64,000 nucleotides of DNA, taken from assembly GCA_046301755.1 (NCBI GenBank), contig JBKCJM010000056.1, forward strand, positions 4,898-68,897, given 5' to 3'. Shown here one piece after another: positions 62,109-64,000 of this stretch. The notes under the pieces were generated by a model that was given only the letters and a program-made list of their open reading frames with translations, was not told the origin of the DNA and did not search any database. The stretch comes from Cyclobacteriaceae bacterium. Its GTDB lineage: Bacteria; Bacteroidota; Bacteroidia; Cytophagales; Cyclobacteriaceae. The first letter of the stretch is position 1; each line of letters opens with the position of its first letter. The position numbers and the translations under genes are program-made.

Positions 62109-64000
62109 TCAGCCGATCTTCTTCACCTCGCGCATCTCGTAACTTTCAATCACATCGCCCTGCTTAATGTCATTGAATCCTTCGATGCCCATACCGCAGT
62201 CAAAGCCTGACTTCACTTCGCTGGCATCGTCTTTAAAGCGCTTCAACGAATTCAACTTACCGGCATACACCACAATACCTTCGCGAATGAGACGAATCGG
62301 GTTGTTTCGTTTGATGTATCCATCAGTAACCATACAACCGGCCACCGTACCTACTTTCGAAATCTTGAACACATCGCGCACTTCAGCATTACCCACGATC
62401 ACCTCTTCCATTTCCTTCTCCAGCATGCCTTCCATGGCTGCCTTCACATCGTTGATGGCATCGTAGATAATCGAGTAATGACGGATCTCAATTTCTTCGT
62501 TCTCCGCCAGTTTGCGGGCGGAGCTGGACGGGCGAACCTGAAAGCCTACAATGATGGCGTCCGATGCAGATGCAAGGAGTACATCGGATTCGGAGATCTG
62601 ACCTACGGCCTTGTGAATGATGTTCACCGCCACTTTTTGGGTAGTCAGTTTGAGCAACGAATCCGAAAGCGCTTCCACAGAGCCGTCCACATCGCCCTTC
62701 ACAATGATATTCAATTGCTTAAACGAACCGATGGCCAGACGTCTTCCAATCTCATCGAGTGTAATATGCTTCTTGGTGCGGATGTTCTGCTCCCGTTGAA
62801 TCTGGCTGCGCTTGTTCGCCACTTCGCGGGCCTCACGATCCGTTTCAACCACGTGGAATTTTTCACCGGCCTGGGGAGCACCATCGAGGCCCAGCACCTG
62901 AACCGGGGTAGAGGGACCGGCCTCTTTAATTTTCTTCCCGGTATCGTCAAACATGGCTTTAACACGGCCGTAGTTTGAACCTGCCAGCATGATATCGCCA
63001 ATCTTGAGCGTACCGGCCTGCACCATTACAGTGGCCACATAACCACGGCCTTTGTCCAGCGAGGCTTCAATGATTGAGCCCACTGCAGACTTTTCGGAGT
63101 TGGCCTTCAGGTTGAGTATTTCCGCTTCCAGTAAAACCTTCTCCAGCAGTTCATTAATTCCCTTACCGGTCTTGGCCGAAATTTCCTGCACCTGATACTT
63201 GCCGCCCCAGTCCTCAACCAAAATATTGATCTTCGAAAGGGACTCGCGAACCTTCTGCGGGTTGGCGGTGGGCTTGTCAACTTTATTAATTGCAATGACC
63301 AGTGGAACGCCTGCTACCTGTGCGTGATTAATTGCCTCTTTGGTCTGAGGCATCACATCGTCATCAGCCGCGACCACAATAATGGCCACATCCGTGAGCT
63401 TGGCACCGCGTGCACGCATGGCTGTAAAGGCTTCGTGGCCGGGCGTATCCAGAAAGGCAATCTTGTTTCCGCTTTTAGTAGTTACGTCATACGCACCAAT
63501 GTGCTGAGTAATACCTCCGGCTTCCTGGGCGGTCACCTTTGTATTTCGGATATAGTCGAGCAGCGAAGTCTTACCGTGATCAACGTGGCCCATGATCGTG
63601 ACAATCGGAGCCCGCGGCTGGAGATTTTGCTCGCTCTCCTCTTCTACAACTTCTTCAACTCCTTCTTCGCTTGTCGTGAACTGAACATCGTAGCCGAACT
63701 CATCGGCAATTACGGTGATGGCTTCAGCATCCAAACGCTGGTTGATGGACACAAACATGCCGAGGCCCATGCAGGTGGAAATCACCTCATTCACCGATAC
63801 GTTCATCAAACTAGCCAGGTCATTGGCAGAAATGAATTCGGTTACCTTCAGTGTCTTTGACTGCTCCTGCTCCTGCTGGATACGCTCTTCCTGCGCCTCA
63901 AAATTGGCCTGACGTTTTTCCTTACGGTACTTAGCCCCTGACTGGAATTTCTTCTGGCCGCCACTCAGGCGGGCAAGAGTAGCCCGAATTTTGTCCTGGA
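62109..64000 (-). CDS. infB: translation initiation factor IF-2 (5' end outside window)
   Basis: G-domain motifs [20 protein letters not shown] and NKVD. The frame stays open upstream of the TTG at 63809 (..[23 protein letters not shown]..) up to the window edge. Confidence 0.95.
   Translation of the reverse strand, partial: QDKIRATLARLSGGQKKFQSGAKYRKEKRQANFEAQEERIQQEQEQSKTLKVTEFISANDLASLMNVSVNEVISTCMGLGMFVSINQRLDAEAITVIADEFGYDVQFTTSEEGVEEVVEEESEQNLQPRAPIVTIMGHVDHGKTSLLDYIRNTKVTAQEAGGITQHIGAYDVTTKSGNKIAFLDTPGHEAFTAMRARGAKLTDVAIIVVAADDDVMPQTKEAINHAQVAGVPLVIAINKVDKPTANPQKVRESLSKINILVEDWGGKYQVQEISAKTGKGINELLEKVLLEAEILNLKANSEKSAVGSIIEASLDKGRGYVATVMVQAGTLKIGDIMLAGSNYGRVKAMFDDTGKKIKEAGPSTPVQVLGLDGAPQAGEKFHVVETDREAREVANKRSQIQREQNIRTKKHITLDEIGRRLAIGSFKQLNIIVKGDVDGSVEALSDSLLKLTTQKVAVNIIHKAVGQISESDVLLASASDAIIVGFQVRPSSSARKLAENEEIEIRHYSIIYDAINDVKAAMEGMLEKEMEEVIVGNAEVRDVFKISKVGTVAGCMVTDGYIKRNNPIRLIREGIVVYAGKLNSLKRFKDDASEVKSGFDCGMGIEGFNDIKQGDVIESYEMREVKKIG

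Noticed and set aside
63861-63880. Short tandem CTGCTC repeats, and the poly-G/T run at 59003-59023, as possible repeat elements
   Set aside because: Both are in-frame coding low-complexity sequence: the QEQEQ linker of IF-2 and the poly-Pro hinge of the LTD protein. They are not CRISPR or VNTR-like arrays. I saw no repeat-spacer periodicity anywhere in the window.
1-64000. tRNA, rRNA, tmRNA, transposase/integrase, prophage or CRISPR-Cas content
   Set aside because: I scanned the intergenic gaps longer than 60 nt and all ORF translations. I found no cloverleaf-like GTTCGAATC-type arms, no DDE or tyrosine-recombinase motifs and no cas-like proteins. A covariance-model scan is still needed to exclude small ncRNAs.

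Overview
This 64-kb chromosomal segment reads like a Bacteroidota genome of the Cytophagia/Flavobacteriia type. The evidence is gldD, a MurF-Alr fusion, a TonB-dependent receptor with a CarboxypepD_reg-type N-terminus and a lamin-tail-domain surface protein. TAnnTTTG (-7) promoter motifs also recur 14-50 nt upstream of start codons, and I noticed no obvious Shine-Dalgarno sequences upstream of the starts I examined. I call 56 protein-coding genes (one runs off each window edge), one gene remnant, seven intrinsic-terminator-like hairpins and a set of promoter/operator motifs. I saw no rRNA, tRNA, CRISPR array, transposase, integrase or phage genes. Content is mostly housekeeping: recG, ssb, mutY, HU, rng, htpG, lipB, rnr, murF-alr, asd and infB, plus peptidoglycan-turnover genes and hutF/hutG. 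I did not find a convincing multi-gene novel system. The items most worth follow-up are listed here. (1) A 559-aa protein joins a DUF4071/TPR region, a SLOG-like module and a class III cyclase-like domain (2797-4476); it is bracketed by two diverged secreted CotH-like paralogs next to a DUF4956-like gene and a metallophosphoesterase. (2) A DUF559 endonuclease-fold module plus a perfect 15-bp inverted repeat is fused in frame onto the 5' end of hutF. (3) A TTGCAAC-N3-GTTGCA palindrome overlaps the -7 promoter element of both a TonB-dependent receptor gene and its downstream lipoprotein gene. (4) A 29-codon Lys/Arg-rich bS22/mS38-like ORF is missing from the ORF track. (5) The largest non-coding gap (55889-56202) carries DnaA-box-like 9-mers and an orphan terminator-like hairpin. 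All family assignments come from recognising motifs by eye. No searches were run, so functional calls need HMM/BLAST confirmation.
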